A stretch of DNA of 32,000 nucleotides from Cylindrospermopsis raciborskii Cr2010 (GTDB lineage: Bacteria; Cyanobacteriota; Cyanobacteriia; Cyanobacteriales; Nostocaceae): positions 3,510,001 through 3,542,000 of the forward strand of contig NZ_CP065936.1 in assembly GCF_003367075.2 (NCBI RefSeq), read 5' to 3'. The notes under the pieces are model-generated. The model was not told the origin of the DNA. It saw only the letters and a list, made by a program, of their open reading frames with translations, and did no database searches. Positions 1 to 8,606 of the stretch are shown in pieces. A program made the translations under genes and the position numbers. Each line of letters opens with the position of its first letter. Positions within the stretch are counted from its first letter, which is position 1.

Positions 1-3000
1 CTTTTTGCTGTGACACCAAAACTCATTGTCTGACATTGCACCAGGTTTTGAATTCCAGAGTGGGTAACTAAAACACCTTTTGGATTACCAGTAGACCCAG
101 ATGTATAAATTACATAAGCCAAATTTTCCGGTCTCACCTTTAAATTCAACCTGGGATGATTCCCCTTTGATTCCAAATTCCTAATATCTAAGACTTGGAG
201 ATTTTCTTGTAATGGCAATCCTATGATGTTGTTAGTCAATATTACTGATACTTGACTATTTTCTATAATAAATCTTAGCCTATGATCAGGATAACTACGA
301 TCCAAAGGTAAAAATGCTCCACCAACTTTTAATACTGCCAATAGGGAAATAATATACTCAATACCAGGGTCAAAATACAACCCAACTATGGACTCATAAG
401 CAATGCCAGTATCTACCAGTTGAGTCGCTAGATTGTTAGCACGGTTTTCCAGCTCACCATAGGTAATGCTATACTCATCACAAACCACAGCAATGGAATC
501 AGGTTGGAGATCAGCATAGGACTCAAATAACTGATGGGCAGTTTTAAACCCTCCCTCTATTATAATATTACTCTCAGAAGCATTGATTAATCCTTCCCGT
601 TCAGAAATTGACAAAGCAAGAACTTGCGCTAGTGTTTGTTCTGGTTTTAATGTCATATTGACGATGATATTACGAAAACGTAATATCAAATTTTCTGCAG
701 CATTACCTGACAAAAACTTTGTTTGATAGTTTAGCTTTAACAACAACCCCTGATCAGGAATGACACCCACAGTTAACGGGTAATTAGTTCTTTCATAGAA
801 TTGAATGTCATCAACCCTGAAATCCGGTAACTGTTTCTTTAAATTTTGGTCAACAGGATAATTCTCAAACACCAGCAGACTTTCAAACAAAGCTAAACCT
901 GCTAGATTCAAATCTTTTTGGATATCAGCCAATTTGCTATATTCATACTCCCGCATTTCCAAATGTTGCTGTTGAATATTTTGCAACCAATCAGCAAGGG
1001 ATAGACTAGGGTCAATTTTCACTCGCATTGGCAAAGTATTGATGAAAAGTCCCACCATATTTTCCATGTTCGATAATTCTGGCGGTCTACCAGCAACAGT
1101 TACACCAAACATCACATCTTCACCTGCACCATGCTTTTGTAAGCACATTGCCCAAGCACCCTGAACAATTGTATTTAGCGTTAACCTTTGACTCTGGGCC
1201 ATTTTTTGCACTAGCTCAAATTCTAAGTCATCTAATCGTAATTCTACCTCTCGATATGCACTGGAATTATTTTCTAGGTCAGGAATTTCCCAGGCTAAAC
1301 GAGTACCAGTAGAAATCCCTACCAAATATTTTTGCCAAAATTGTTTAGCCCTTAGTTGATCACGACCTGTTAGCCATTGGATATAATGTCGGTAGGGAGG
1401 AACAGGTAGCAAGGAGTGGGGAACTCTTTCAGTAGCTGATTGGTATACGCTTAGTACCTCTTTAAAAATAACTGGTAATGACCAACCATCAAGAATAATA
1501 TGATGATGACTCCACAACCATTGCCATGTGGAATCGTCCAGACAAATAAGAGTAAATCGCATCAGAGGACTATCATTGAGATTAAATCCCTGCTCCTTAT
1601 CTTTCACTAAGTATTCGCCCATTTTCTCTATCTGTTGTGCAGGGGATAGGTCGCGCCACTCCTTATAAATCAGTGAAAATCCAGTTCCCTTGTTGACAAT
1701 TTGCAGGGGTTGATCTTGCTCTTCCCAAACAAAACAAGTACGTAAAACTGGGTGTCTGTCTACAATGACTTGCCAAGCATAGGCAAATTTATCAACATCC
1801 AATTTACCAATTATCTTCCCAGTTACTTGCTCAAAATAAATTCCTTGATCTGGTTCATAGATGGCATGGAACAGCATTCCCTGCTGCAAAGGAGAAAGGG
1901 GATAAATATCTTCTAAATGGGGATATTGATTTTGCAAAATATCCAATTTTGACTGGTTAAGTTGCGCAAGGGTAAAGTCTGTAGGTGTGTACTCACCCAC
2001 ACCCACCTCTGTACAGAAGTTCACGACTTTTAGGAGATTACTCTTGAAATCAGACACCCAGCGATTAATAGTTGATGCTTGGTGCAAATTAGAACTATAT
2101 AACCAGTCAATACGCAATTCTCCTTCCACAACAATAGCATTAACATCAATGATGTGGGGACGTGTAGCTTGGGGATCTCTGGTAGGTAATCCTTGAGAAT
2201 TTAATAGGGTAAAAAATTTATGTCTAGCACCACCCTCGTTTCTCACTTGACCAAGATAATTAAAGCTGATTTCAACTGCTGATGCTAACAACGGTTTTGT
2301 TTCCTGATCAAGATATTTTAAAATTCCATAACCAAACCCACGTTGGGGAACAGCACGCAATTGTTCTTTGACACTTTTAATAATTTCTCTAATAGCTTCC
2401 GTTTGAGAATCACCTTTTGGCAAATCCAAACTCACGGGGTAGAGAGTAGTAAACCAACCCAGAGTACGGGTAACATCTAAATCTGAAGATAATTCCTCTC
2501 TACCATGACCCTCTAGCATAATTTGGACGTAGGAATTTTGGGTTATGTCTGCCAGAGTTTTTCCCAGAGCAGCAATTAATAATTCCTGAGGGTTAGTCCG
2601 GTAGGTTTTATTAGCTGTAGTCAGCAAAGTTAGAGTTTCTTTTGCTGTCAATTGGCAACTAACTGTGCTCACAGAATACTCTAGATTTTCAGCTAGGGAC
2701 TCGGGAAAATCTAATGGTAGTTTTGCCGTTTTCCTAGCCAGGGTGTTTTGCCAAAACAACTTTTCACTCTGAATATTATAGGAGTTGACGTAGCCATGTA
2801 TGAACTCACACCATTTTTGCCACGAGGTAGTCTTAAAAGACAGTTTATTGCCACCAATTACGTCAACTAAATCTTGTAGCAAAATCCTCCAAGACACACC
2901 ATCAATAATCAAGTGATGGATGACAATCAATAATTGTGACGGGCGATTCGCTCCCAGATTGAACCACTTTACCATGTAAACTGGTCCCTCGGTCAAATTT

Positions 3001-6000
3001 AGCGATTTCTCACTTTTTTCCCTGACCTCCTTCATGATTGAATTTTGCTCAATTTCACTTTTTAAGTCCAGATCAACTACCTCCCAAGGAAATCCATCAT
3101 CTTGATCCTTCTCTACATAAAATTGCCGCCAACCTTGCGACTCCTTTTGAAACCTAAGTCGGAAATTATCGTGGTAGGCAAAAACCACCTTGATTGCTGT
3201 TGCTACTTGGGTCACCTGCAAAGAAGGATCTACCTGTAGTAACAAGGTTTGATTCCAATGATGGGGATTAGAAAGTTTGAGATCAAAAAACCACTGTTGG
3301 ATTGGACTCAGGGGAACTTCACCTGTGGGTATATTATTATTTTCAGCTGCGGCAAAACTTTGCAGATCGGTTTGTTCTTGTATTGCCAGGGCCAATCTCT
3401 GGACAGTTTGTTGTTCGAAAATTTGCTTAGGGGTTAATATCCAACCTTGGGAACGCATTTCTGTGATCACCCGCAACGCTAAAATGGAGTCACCACCCAA
3501 GTCAAAGAAGTTATCCTCAATGCCAATCTCTTCTATACCTAAAACCCGTTGCCAAATGTGACATAACGCCTTTTGTGCATCAGTTTCAGGAGGGATAAAA
3601 CTCCTTTTTGTGGTTGACTGATCCCAATCGGGTAAGGGTAAAGCTCCACGGTTAATTTTGCCTTGATTGGTCAAAGGTATGGCATCTAAAAATACAAAAG
3701 CTGCTGGAACCATATAATCAGGTAAACTCTCCTTTAGAGCTTTCCTTAATTCATTTCTATCAATTTCATTATTATTTATACTTCTCAGGACAATATAGGC
3801 TACTAATCTCCGGTCTTGATCTGAGGTTGAGTGGACAGTGACCACAGATTCAGATACTTGGGTTAATTTATTTATAGCTGCTTCAATTTCCGCCAATTCA
3901 ATTCTAAACCCACGTATTTTCACTTGGGAGTCACAACGTCCCAAATATTCAATATCACCATTTCTCAATCTTCTGGCCAAATCTCCGGTACGATACAATC
4001 TAGCCCCCGGTTTTTGACTGATAGGGTTGGGAATAAATCTTTCTGCTGTCAAAGAAGGGCGGTTTAGATATCCTCTTGACACACCCATTCCTCCTACATA
4101 AATTTCCCCAGCAACTCCATAAGGTACCGGTTCAAAATAGCTGTCTAGTATGTATAGACACAAATCAGGAATAGGTATACCAATTACACTACCACGGTTT
4201 TCTAAAATGTCTTCTGCCAAAATTTGACGATAAGTAACGTGAACCGTAGTTTCCGTGATTCCATACATGTTAATCAGCCTGGGATGACTATCACCATAAC
4301 GTTCAATCCAAGGTTTAAGACTTTGCAGTTCTAATGCTTCTCCACCAAAAATAATTGCCCTCAAATTATTCAAAGGATGGGTGAATTCTTGATCAGCTCT
4401 GATCAGTTGACGAAAAGCTGAAGGGGTCTGATTGAGAATGGTTACCTGTTGGGTTGCTAAAAGCTGTCTAAAATCATGGGGAGAACGACTTTCAAGATAG
4501 GGAACTATTACTAATTTACCACCATACAATAATGCTCCCCACATTTCCCACACTGAAAAATCAAAGGCAAATGAGTGAAACATTGTCCATACATCTTTCT
4601 CATTAAACTCAAACCATTTTTGAGTGTTTCTCATTAATCGGAGGACATTTTTATGAGTAACTAAACAGCCTTTTGGTTTTCCTGTGGAACCACTGGTGTA
4701 GATAATATAGGCTGCTTGTTCCGGGAAAATCTTCGAGATTGGATGCACCAATTGGTTGGTAGGTTTCATGGTGTCAATTAACAAAAGTTCTGGTATTTCC
4801 CCGGGAATTTTTGCTCTTAAGGGTTCCGTGGTAATTACCAACCTAATACCACTATCTTGGGCTATGAAGTTGAGTCTCTCTGCTGGATATTGGGGATCTA
4901 AGGGAACATAAGTTGCACCACATTTTAAAACTGCTAGGATGGAAGCTACTAATTCCAGACTACGTTCTTGGAAAATTCCTACTCTGGTTTCTGCGCCTAC
5001 TCCTTTTTCGATTAGGTGACTTGCCAACTGGTTTGATATCTGATTTAATTTCTGATAAGTTAATGTCCTTTCTGATTCAATTAGAGCAACTTTTTCCCCA
5101 TAAGTGTTTACTATATGACTAAAAACATCAACTAAATTTGTCGCTTCAACTTCTTGATCACTGGCACTAGATCCAAAAGACAACAGTTCTCTTCTTTCTT
5201 CTGTATTTAGCCAAGGTAAAGTATCAATTTTAGTGTCGAGGTTCCCAATAACTGCACTTAAAAGTTGCTCATAATGTCTTAATATATCCTCGGCTGTATG
5301 GGCTGTAAATAAATCTGTATTATACTCTAATGCGGCTATCCATCCTTTTTCAAATGTGGGTTCTAGCATTAAACTAAGATCAAATTTGGCTCCCCCGTTA
5401 TCTAAATATACAGGTTGAACCGTCAACCCAGGTAACTTAATTTCTTCAATCGGTGCATTCTGTAGAGCGAAAAGACTCTGAAAAACCTGGGAGTGGGCAG
5501 GATCCCTTGTGATATTCAGTTTATCAATTATTATTTCCAATGGAACTTCTTGATTAGCAAAAGCCTCCACACAGGTTGAGGCCACTTGTTGCAACACCTG
5601 TTTAAAAGAAAGTTGACCCGTTAAACTGCAAACTATGGGTAGGGTGTTGATAAAACAACCAATCAAATTTTTCAATTCACCCCTGTTGCGATTAGCACAA
5701 GGAGTACCAATGATAATATCCGTTTGTCCAGAGTAACGAAACAAGAGAATTTGATACACCGCCAATGTGACCATAAAGAATGTAACCCCCTCTTTTGCGG
5801 CCACAGCTTCTAAGGAATCTATTAAATCCCTGGGTAGGGTTTTACGCAATACTGCACCACTAAAGGTCTGTAAGGCGGGACGATTTTTATCTGACGGTAA
5901 ATCTAGAATCGGTAATGGTAAGGCTAATTTCTTTTGCCAATATGCTAATTGATCTTGAATTCTTTGTGTTTGTAAATAGGTCTCTTGCCACTCGGCGTAA

Positions 6001-6536
6001 TCTCCATATTGAATTGGTAGTTCGGGTAATGAAATTTCTGCCCTGGAAACATACAACTGAGTTAATTCCTGAATGAATATACCCAAAGACCAACCATCAC
6101 TAATGATGTGGTGAAGATTGACTAAAAGGATATGTTCTTTATTTGATATTTTATAGAGCGTTGCTCTCAACAATGGACCTTTAATTAGATCAAACAACTG
6201 ACGAGATTCGTCCTCTAAGATTTTTTTAATGGTTAGTAATCGGTCATAATCAGACCATTTTTCCGGGGGCAATTCTAGGGTCCTATGTTGTAAATGAAAC
6301 TGTTGTTCACTACGAACCAACTGTACAGGTTCACCATTTTCTAGCGCAAAAGTGGTTCTGAGAATTTCGTGACGATTGATAATGTAGCGAAAACATTTCT
6401 CTAGAAGAGTAAAGTCTAGGTCACCCAATAAATTTAACCCTATGGGAATATGATAGGCCGTATTGCCCGTAAACATTATTTCCCGGTACCAAAATTGTTT
6501 TTGACTTACAGACAGGGGCAATACGTAAACTTCCAT
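1..6536 (-). CDS. Non-ribosomal peptide synthetase, 3' end cut by the window edge. Domains: C - A(Thr) - T - E - C(DCL type) - A(start only).
   Basis: This gene is absent from the supplied ORF track because it has no stop codon inside the window. The reverse strand from the ATG (complement of 6534-6536) reads MEVYVLPLSVSQKQFWYREIMF... All hand-located core motifs share that frame: C HHIISDGW 6090-6113; A TSGSTGKPKG 4668-4697; FDFSVWE 4545-4565; NMYGITETTVH ~4240-4275; carrier GGDSI with Ser at 3486-3488; E-domain HHLIIDGVSW 2889-2918; second C HHIILDGW 1482-1505; second A TSGSTGNPKG 75-104. The A1 specificity code read by eye is DFWNIGMVHK (Thr). Confidence 0.93.
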   Translation of the reverse strand, partial: MEVYVLPLSVSQKQFWYREIMFTGNTAYHIPIGLNLLGDLDFTLLEKCFRYIINRHEILRTTFALENGEPVQLVRSEQQFHLQHRTLELPPEKWSDYDRLLTIKKILEDESRQLFDLIKGPLLRATLYKISNKEHILLVNLHHIISDGWSLGIFIQELTQLYVSRAEISLPELPIQYGDYAEWQETYLQTQRIQDQLAYWQKKLALPLPILDLPSDKNRPALQTFSGAVLRKTLPRDLIDSLEAVAAKEGVTFFMVTLAVYQILLFRYSGQTDIIIGTPCANRNRGELKNLIGCFINTLPIVCSLTGQLSFKQVLQQVASTCVEAFANQEVPLEIIIDKLNITRDPAHSQVFQSLFALQNAPIEEIKLPGLTVQPVYLDNGGAKFDLSLMLEPTFEKGWIAALEYNTDLFTAHTAEDILRHYEQLLSAVIGNLDTKIDTLPWLNTEERRELLSFGSSASDQEVEATNLVDVFSHIVNTYGEKVALIESERTLTYQKLNQISNQLASHLIEKGVGAETRVGIFQERSLELVASILAVLKCGATYVPLDPQYPAERLNFIAQDSGIRLVITTEPLRAKIPGEIPELLLIDTMKPTNQLVHPISKIFPEQAAYIIYTSGSTGKPKGCLVTHKNVLRLMRNTQKWFEFNEKDVWTMFHSFAFDFSVWEMWGALLYGGKLVIVPYLESRSPHDFRQLLATQQVTILNQTPSAFRQLIRADQEFTHPLNNLRAIIFGGEALELQSLKPWIERYGDSHPRLINMYGITETTVHVTYRQILAEDILENRGSVIGIPIPDLCLYILDSYFEPVPYGVAGEIYVGGMGVSRGYLNRPSLTAERFIPNPISQKPGARLYRTGDLARRLRNGDIEYLGRCDSQVKIRGFRIELAEIEAAINKLTQVSESVVTVHSTSDQDRRLVAYIVLRSINNNEIDRNELRKALKESLPDYMVPAAFVFLDAIPLTNQGKINRGALPLPDWDQSTTKRSFIPPETDAQKALCHIWQRVLGIEEIGIEDNFFDLGGDSILALRVITEMRSQGWILTPKQIFEQQTVQRLALAIQEQTDLQSFAAAENNNIPTGEVPLSPIQQWFFDLKLSNPHHWNQTLLLQVDPSLQVTQVATAIKVVFAYHDNFRLRFQKESQGWRQFYVEKDQDDGFPWEVVDLDLKSEIEQNSIMKEVREKSEKSLNLTEGPVYMVKWFNLGANRPSQLLIVIHHLIIDGVSWRILLQDLVDVIGGNKLSFKTTSWQKWCEFIHGYVNSYNIQSEKLFWQNTLARKTAKLPLDFPESLAENLEYSVSTVSCQLTAKETLTLLTTANKTYRTNPQELLIAALGKTLADITQNSYVQIMLEGHGREELSSDLDVTRTLGWFTTLYPVSLDLPKGDSQTEAIREIIKSVKEQLRAVPQRGFGYGILKYLDQETKPLLASAVEISFNYLGQVRNEGGARHKFFTLLNSQGLPTRDPQATRPHIIDVNAIVVEGELRIDWLYSSNLHQASTINRWVSDFKSNLLKVVNFCTEVGVGEYTPTDFTLAQLNQSKLDILQNQYPHLEDIYPLSPLQQGMLFHAIYEPDQGIYFEQVTGKIIGKLDVDKFAYAWQVIVDRHPVLRTCFVWEEQDQPLQIVNKGTGFSLIYKEWRDLSPAQQIEKMGEYLVKDKEQGFNLNDSPLMRFTLICLDDSTWQWLWSHHHIILDGWSLPVIFKEVLSVYQSATERVPHSLLPVPPYRHYIQWLTGRDQLRAKQFWQKYLVGISTGTRLAWEIPDLENNSSAYREVELRLDDLEFELVQKMAQSQRLTLNTIVQGAWAMCLQKHGAGEDVMFGVTVAGRPPELSNMENMVGLFINTLPMRVKIDPSLSLADWLQNIQQQHLEMREYEYSKLADIQKDLNLAGLALFESLLVFENYPVDQNLKKQLPDFRVDDIQFYERTNYPLTVGVIPDQGLLLKLNYQTKFLSGNAAENLILRFRNIIVNMTLKPEQTLAQVLALSISEREGLINASESNIIIEGGFKTAHQLFESYADLQPDSIAVVCDEYSITYGELENRANNLATQLVDTGIAYESIVGLYFDPGIEYIISLLAVLKVGGAFLPLDRSYPDHRLRFIIENSQVSVILTNNIIGLPLQENLQVLDIRNLESKGNHPRLNLKVRPENLAYVIYTSGSTGNPKGVLVTHSGIQNLVQCQTMSFGVTAK
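1975..3323 (-). other. Epimerization (E) domain inside the left-edge NRPS.
   Basis: The translation contains GEVPLSPIQQWFF...HHLIIDGVSWRILLQDL...EGHGRE...FNYLG, the classic E-domain motif series. It lies directly after a GGDSI-type carrier domain and before a C domain that starts YPLSPLQQGMLFH (DCL type). Boundaries are approximate. Confidence 0.85.
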
Positions 6537-6777
6537 GGTTTAAGTGATTAGTATTCGTTACAATTAGAAAGGAGTAGTCGCTTCCCTTAAGATAATATCG
6601 AAGAACTGGTGTAGAAATCGGGGAGAATGTTGTGGTTTTTTGACAATTAATCTAAAGGAATAGTTTAATGGTGTAGCCCAAAACCCTTGGAATAATAGTA
6701 CAAAACCTATTAAATTTAACAACTCTTGCCTTTTTTAACCTTTCGCTACGTAGTTATAAATTTCCCCGCCGACTTAC

Positions 6778-7356
6778 TTACTTTAAATTTACATCCTTTT
6801 GTCTAAGGATATTTATCCAATAGTCATGGTCAACATTCTGATCGCCTGTCACTAGTTCTTCGGAAGTGGGGTTGCTTCTCATAAAGTCTACCAATAACAC
6901 AATCCGCGTTTTATTAGATCTATTCCAGGCTTCATGTTCGTAAGTATCGTCAAAAACTAAGCATTTCCCCTCCTGCCAATTTTTAGTTTCCTTATCCACT
7001 CTGATAGCACAATTGTTATCAGGTACAACCACACCCAGATGACAGCGAAGAACTGCTTTGCTCACGCCAAAATGGGGACCTATATAAGTTCCTGGATCTA
7101 AAGAAGAGAATCCAGCTGTTATCATGCCAGGTATATTTTCCACAACTCCAGCCGTTTTTGGACAAAGCCTGCAGTTCTCTTCTAACCTTTGTCCAAAAGC
7201 GTATAGTCCTAGTACCCCCCAACCATGGTTGTAGATATTCCTCTCGGGCCAATCTATGAAGTCTGCTGGCTGTAATTGCTCCAGTTCTTTACGGATATCA
7301 GGCCAACTTGCCTCCAAAGCAGAAGTAAATGGGAAAATTGCAGGATTGAAAAACAT
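6778..7356 (-). CDS. Fe(II)/2-oxoglutarate dioxygenase of the aspartyl/asparaginyl beta-hydroxylase (LpxO-like) family.
   Basis: The 192-aa ORF carries the family pattern W..F.L...G....CP.T......FS.L.PG..I.PH.G......R.HLG...P........W.EG....FDD...HEA.N.S...R..L..DF. Compare FSSLDPGTYIGPHFG, LRCHLGVVVP, NWQEGKCLVFDDTYEHEAWNRS and RIVLLVDF. Confidence 0.8.
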   Translation of the reverse strand: MFFNPAIFPFTSALEASWPDIRKELEQLQPADFIDWPERNIYNHGWGVLGLYAFGQRLEENCRLCPKTAGVVENIPGMITAGFSSLDPGTYIGPHFGVSKAVLRCHLGVVVPDNNCAIRVDKETKNWQEGKCLVFDDTYEHEAWNRSNKTRIVLLVDFMRSNPTSEELVTGDQNVDHDYWINILRQKDVNLK

Positions 7357-7478
7357 ATGAACTAGGTTACGGTTTCGGTTTTATCTCTTGCTAGAAGTAC
7401 AAGTACCACATTGTGTCTTAAAAAGTCAACTATAATTTTTGAGGTAATTTTAAAACAAAGACCCTAAGGAATCTGGGA

Positions 7479-8243
7479 ATGAAATTGGAAGATACTAAGA
7501 GCTTAGTAACTGGTGCTGCTAGTGGGATCGGACGCTGCATTGCTCTAGAACTAGCCAGTGCAGGTGCTACAGTGGTTGGTGGAGATGTAGATATGGAAGG
7601 GCTAAAAAGCCTGGAGTTAGAGGCCAAAGAATTACCTGGTAAGATCTATGTCTTACAATTGGATGTAGCAAATGAATCAAATGTTAAAGAATTTATCTTT
7701 GCTGCTTGTGAAAAAATCGGCCATCCTAATACCCTTATCAATAATGCAGGCATTCTTAGAGATGGTCTATTAGTTACACAAGATGAGGATGGCTGGCTCA
7801 GAAAATTACCAACAGCACAATGGAAGCGAGTGATTGATGTAAATTTGACGGGTGCTTTTTTCATGGCCCGGGAGTTTGCTGCTGTAGCTATCGAGCAAAA
7901 TGTTTCTCCAGCACTGATCGTCAATATTTCTTCTGTAACTAGATCAGGAAACCCTGGACAATCCAATTATAGCGCATCAAAAGCAGGGCTGGATGCAGAT
8001 ACACGCACCTGGGCTTTAGAATTAGCTCCCTTCGGTTTTCGAGTAGCAGGTGTAGCTCCTGGACTAACAAATACTCCTATTTTGAGCCGAGTATCACCCA
8101 CAGCTTTAGCTGATATGACCGGAAGCATACCCTTGAAACGTATTGCTGAACCTTATGAAATCTGGCAAGCAGTGCGTTTTATTATTGAGTGTGACTATTT
8201 TACTGCCAGTGTTATAGATGTGGATGGAGGAGCCAGATTTTAG
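7479..8243 (+). CDS. Short-chain dehydrogenase/reductase, FabG-like (3-oxoacyl reductase type).
   Basis: The 254-aa ORF has the cofactor motif TGAASGIGR, an NNAG motif, and the catalytic S...YSASK (YxxxK) triad region. Confidence 0.85.
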   Translation: MKLEDTKSLVTGAASGIGRCIALELASAGATVVGGDVDMEGLKSLELEAKELPGKIYVLQLDVANESNVKEFIFAACEKIGHPNTLINNAGILRDGLLVTQDEDGWLRKLPTAQWKRVIDVNLTGAFFMAREFAAVAIEQNVSPALIVNISSVTRSGNPGQSNYSASKAGLDADTRTWALELAPFGFRVAGVAPGLTNTPILSRVSPTALADMTGSIPLKRIAEPYEIWQAVRFIIECDYFTASVIDVDGGARF

Positions 8244-8310
8244 CCAAAAAATTAAGACAGGAAAAATTCTGTAAAATGTGAGTGGTTAATAGATACTAGA
8301 AGACGGTAAA

Positions 8311-8529
8311 ATGTATAACAACGAGCAAAGCGATAGTACAATTTATTTGGTAGTAGTCAACCATGAGGAACAATATTCCATTTGGCCTAAATGGAAAGAA
8401 GTACCATTAGGTTGGCGTGCAGCAGGTAAAGAGGGAAATAAAGCAGAATGTTTAGCCTATATTGAGGAGGTTTGGACTGACATGCGTCCTTTAAGTCTAA
8501 GACAGGCAATGGAGAAAGTTAACACTTAG
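8311..8529 (+). CDS. MbtH-like protein (NRPS adenylation-domain chaperone).
   Basis: The 72-aa ORF carries the MbtH signature: [13 protein letters not shown]...PLGW...[17 protein letters not shown]. Confidence 0.92.
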   Translation: MYNNEQSDSTIYLVVVNHEEQYSIWPKWKEVPLGWRAAGKEGNKAECLAYIEEVWTDMRPLSLRQAMEKVNT

Positions 8530-8557
8530 TTTCATTTCAGTAAATATCTGCCCAATT

Positions 8558-8584
8558 CTACCCAAAACTTTTAGTTTTGGGTAG
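8558..8584. terminator. Perfect hairpin between the convergent mbtH-like gene and the NRPS gene; possible bidirectional terminator.
   Basis: ctacccaaaac-tttta-gttttgggtag forms an 11-12 bp perfect stem. It lies in the 77-bp gap between the stop codons at 8529 (+) and 8607 (-). Neither side has a clear U-tract, so the call is only moderate. Confidence 0.4.
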
Positions 8585-8606
8585 GTGGTCGCCCCAGTAA
8601 AGGTAA

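Noticed and set aside
1987-6093. Track ORFs 1987-2196, 3249-3437, 3277-3561, 4913-5122 and 5767-5952 (+), and 5887-6093 (-).
   Set aside because: All lie inside the continuous 6.5-kb minus-strand NRPS frame, either antisense or out of frame. They have low-complexity, family-less translations and look like shadow ORFs.
6551-6561. An NtcA-like site (GTA...TAC) upstream of the left-edge NRPS.
   Set aside because: The sequence is gtattcgttac, so the spacer is 5 nt rather than the required 8 nt. The nearby N8 alternative ends in TAA, not TAC.
7431-7436. Perfect TATAAT hexamers as promoters at 7431-7436 (before the SDR gene), 16156-16161 (before the terminal NRPS) and 29678-29683 (before the epimerase gene).
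   Set aside because: No convincing -35 element lies at 16-18 bp spacing for any of them. In AT-rich DNA such hexamers arise by chance, so they are not reported as features without TSS data.
7019-7966. Track ORFs 7019-7252 (-), 7430-7627 (-) and 7646-7966 (-).
   Set aside because: They overlap the well-supported hydroxylase and SDR genes out of frame or antisense, and carry no recognisable motifs.
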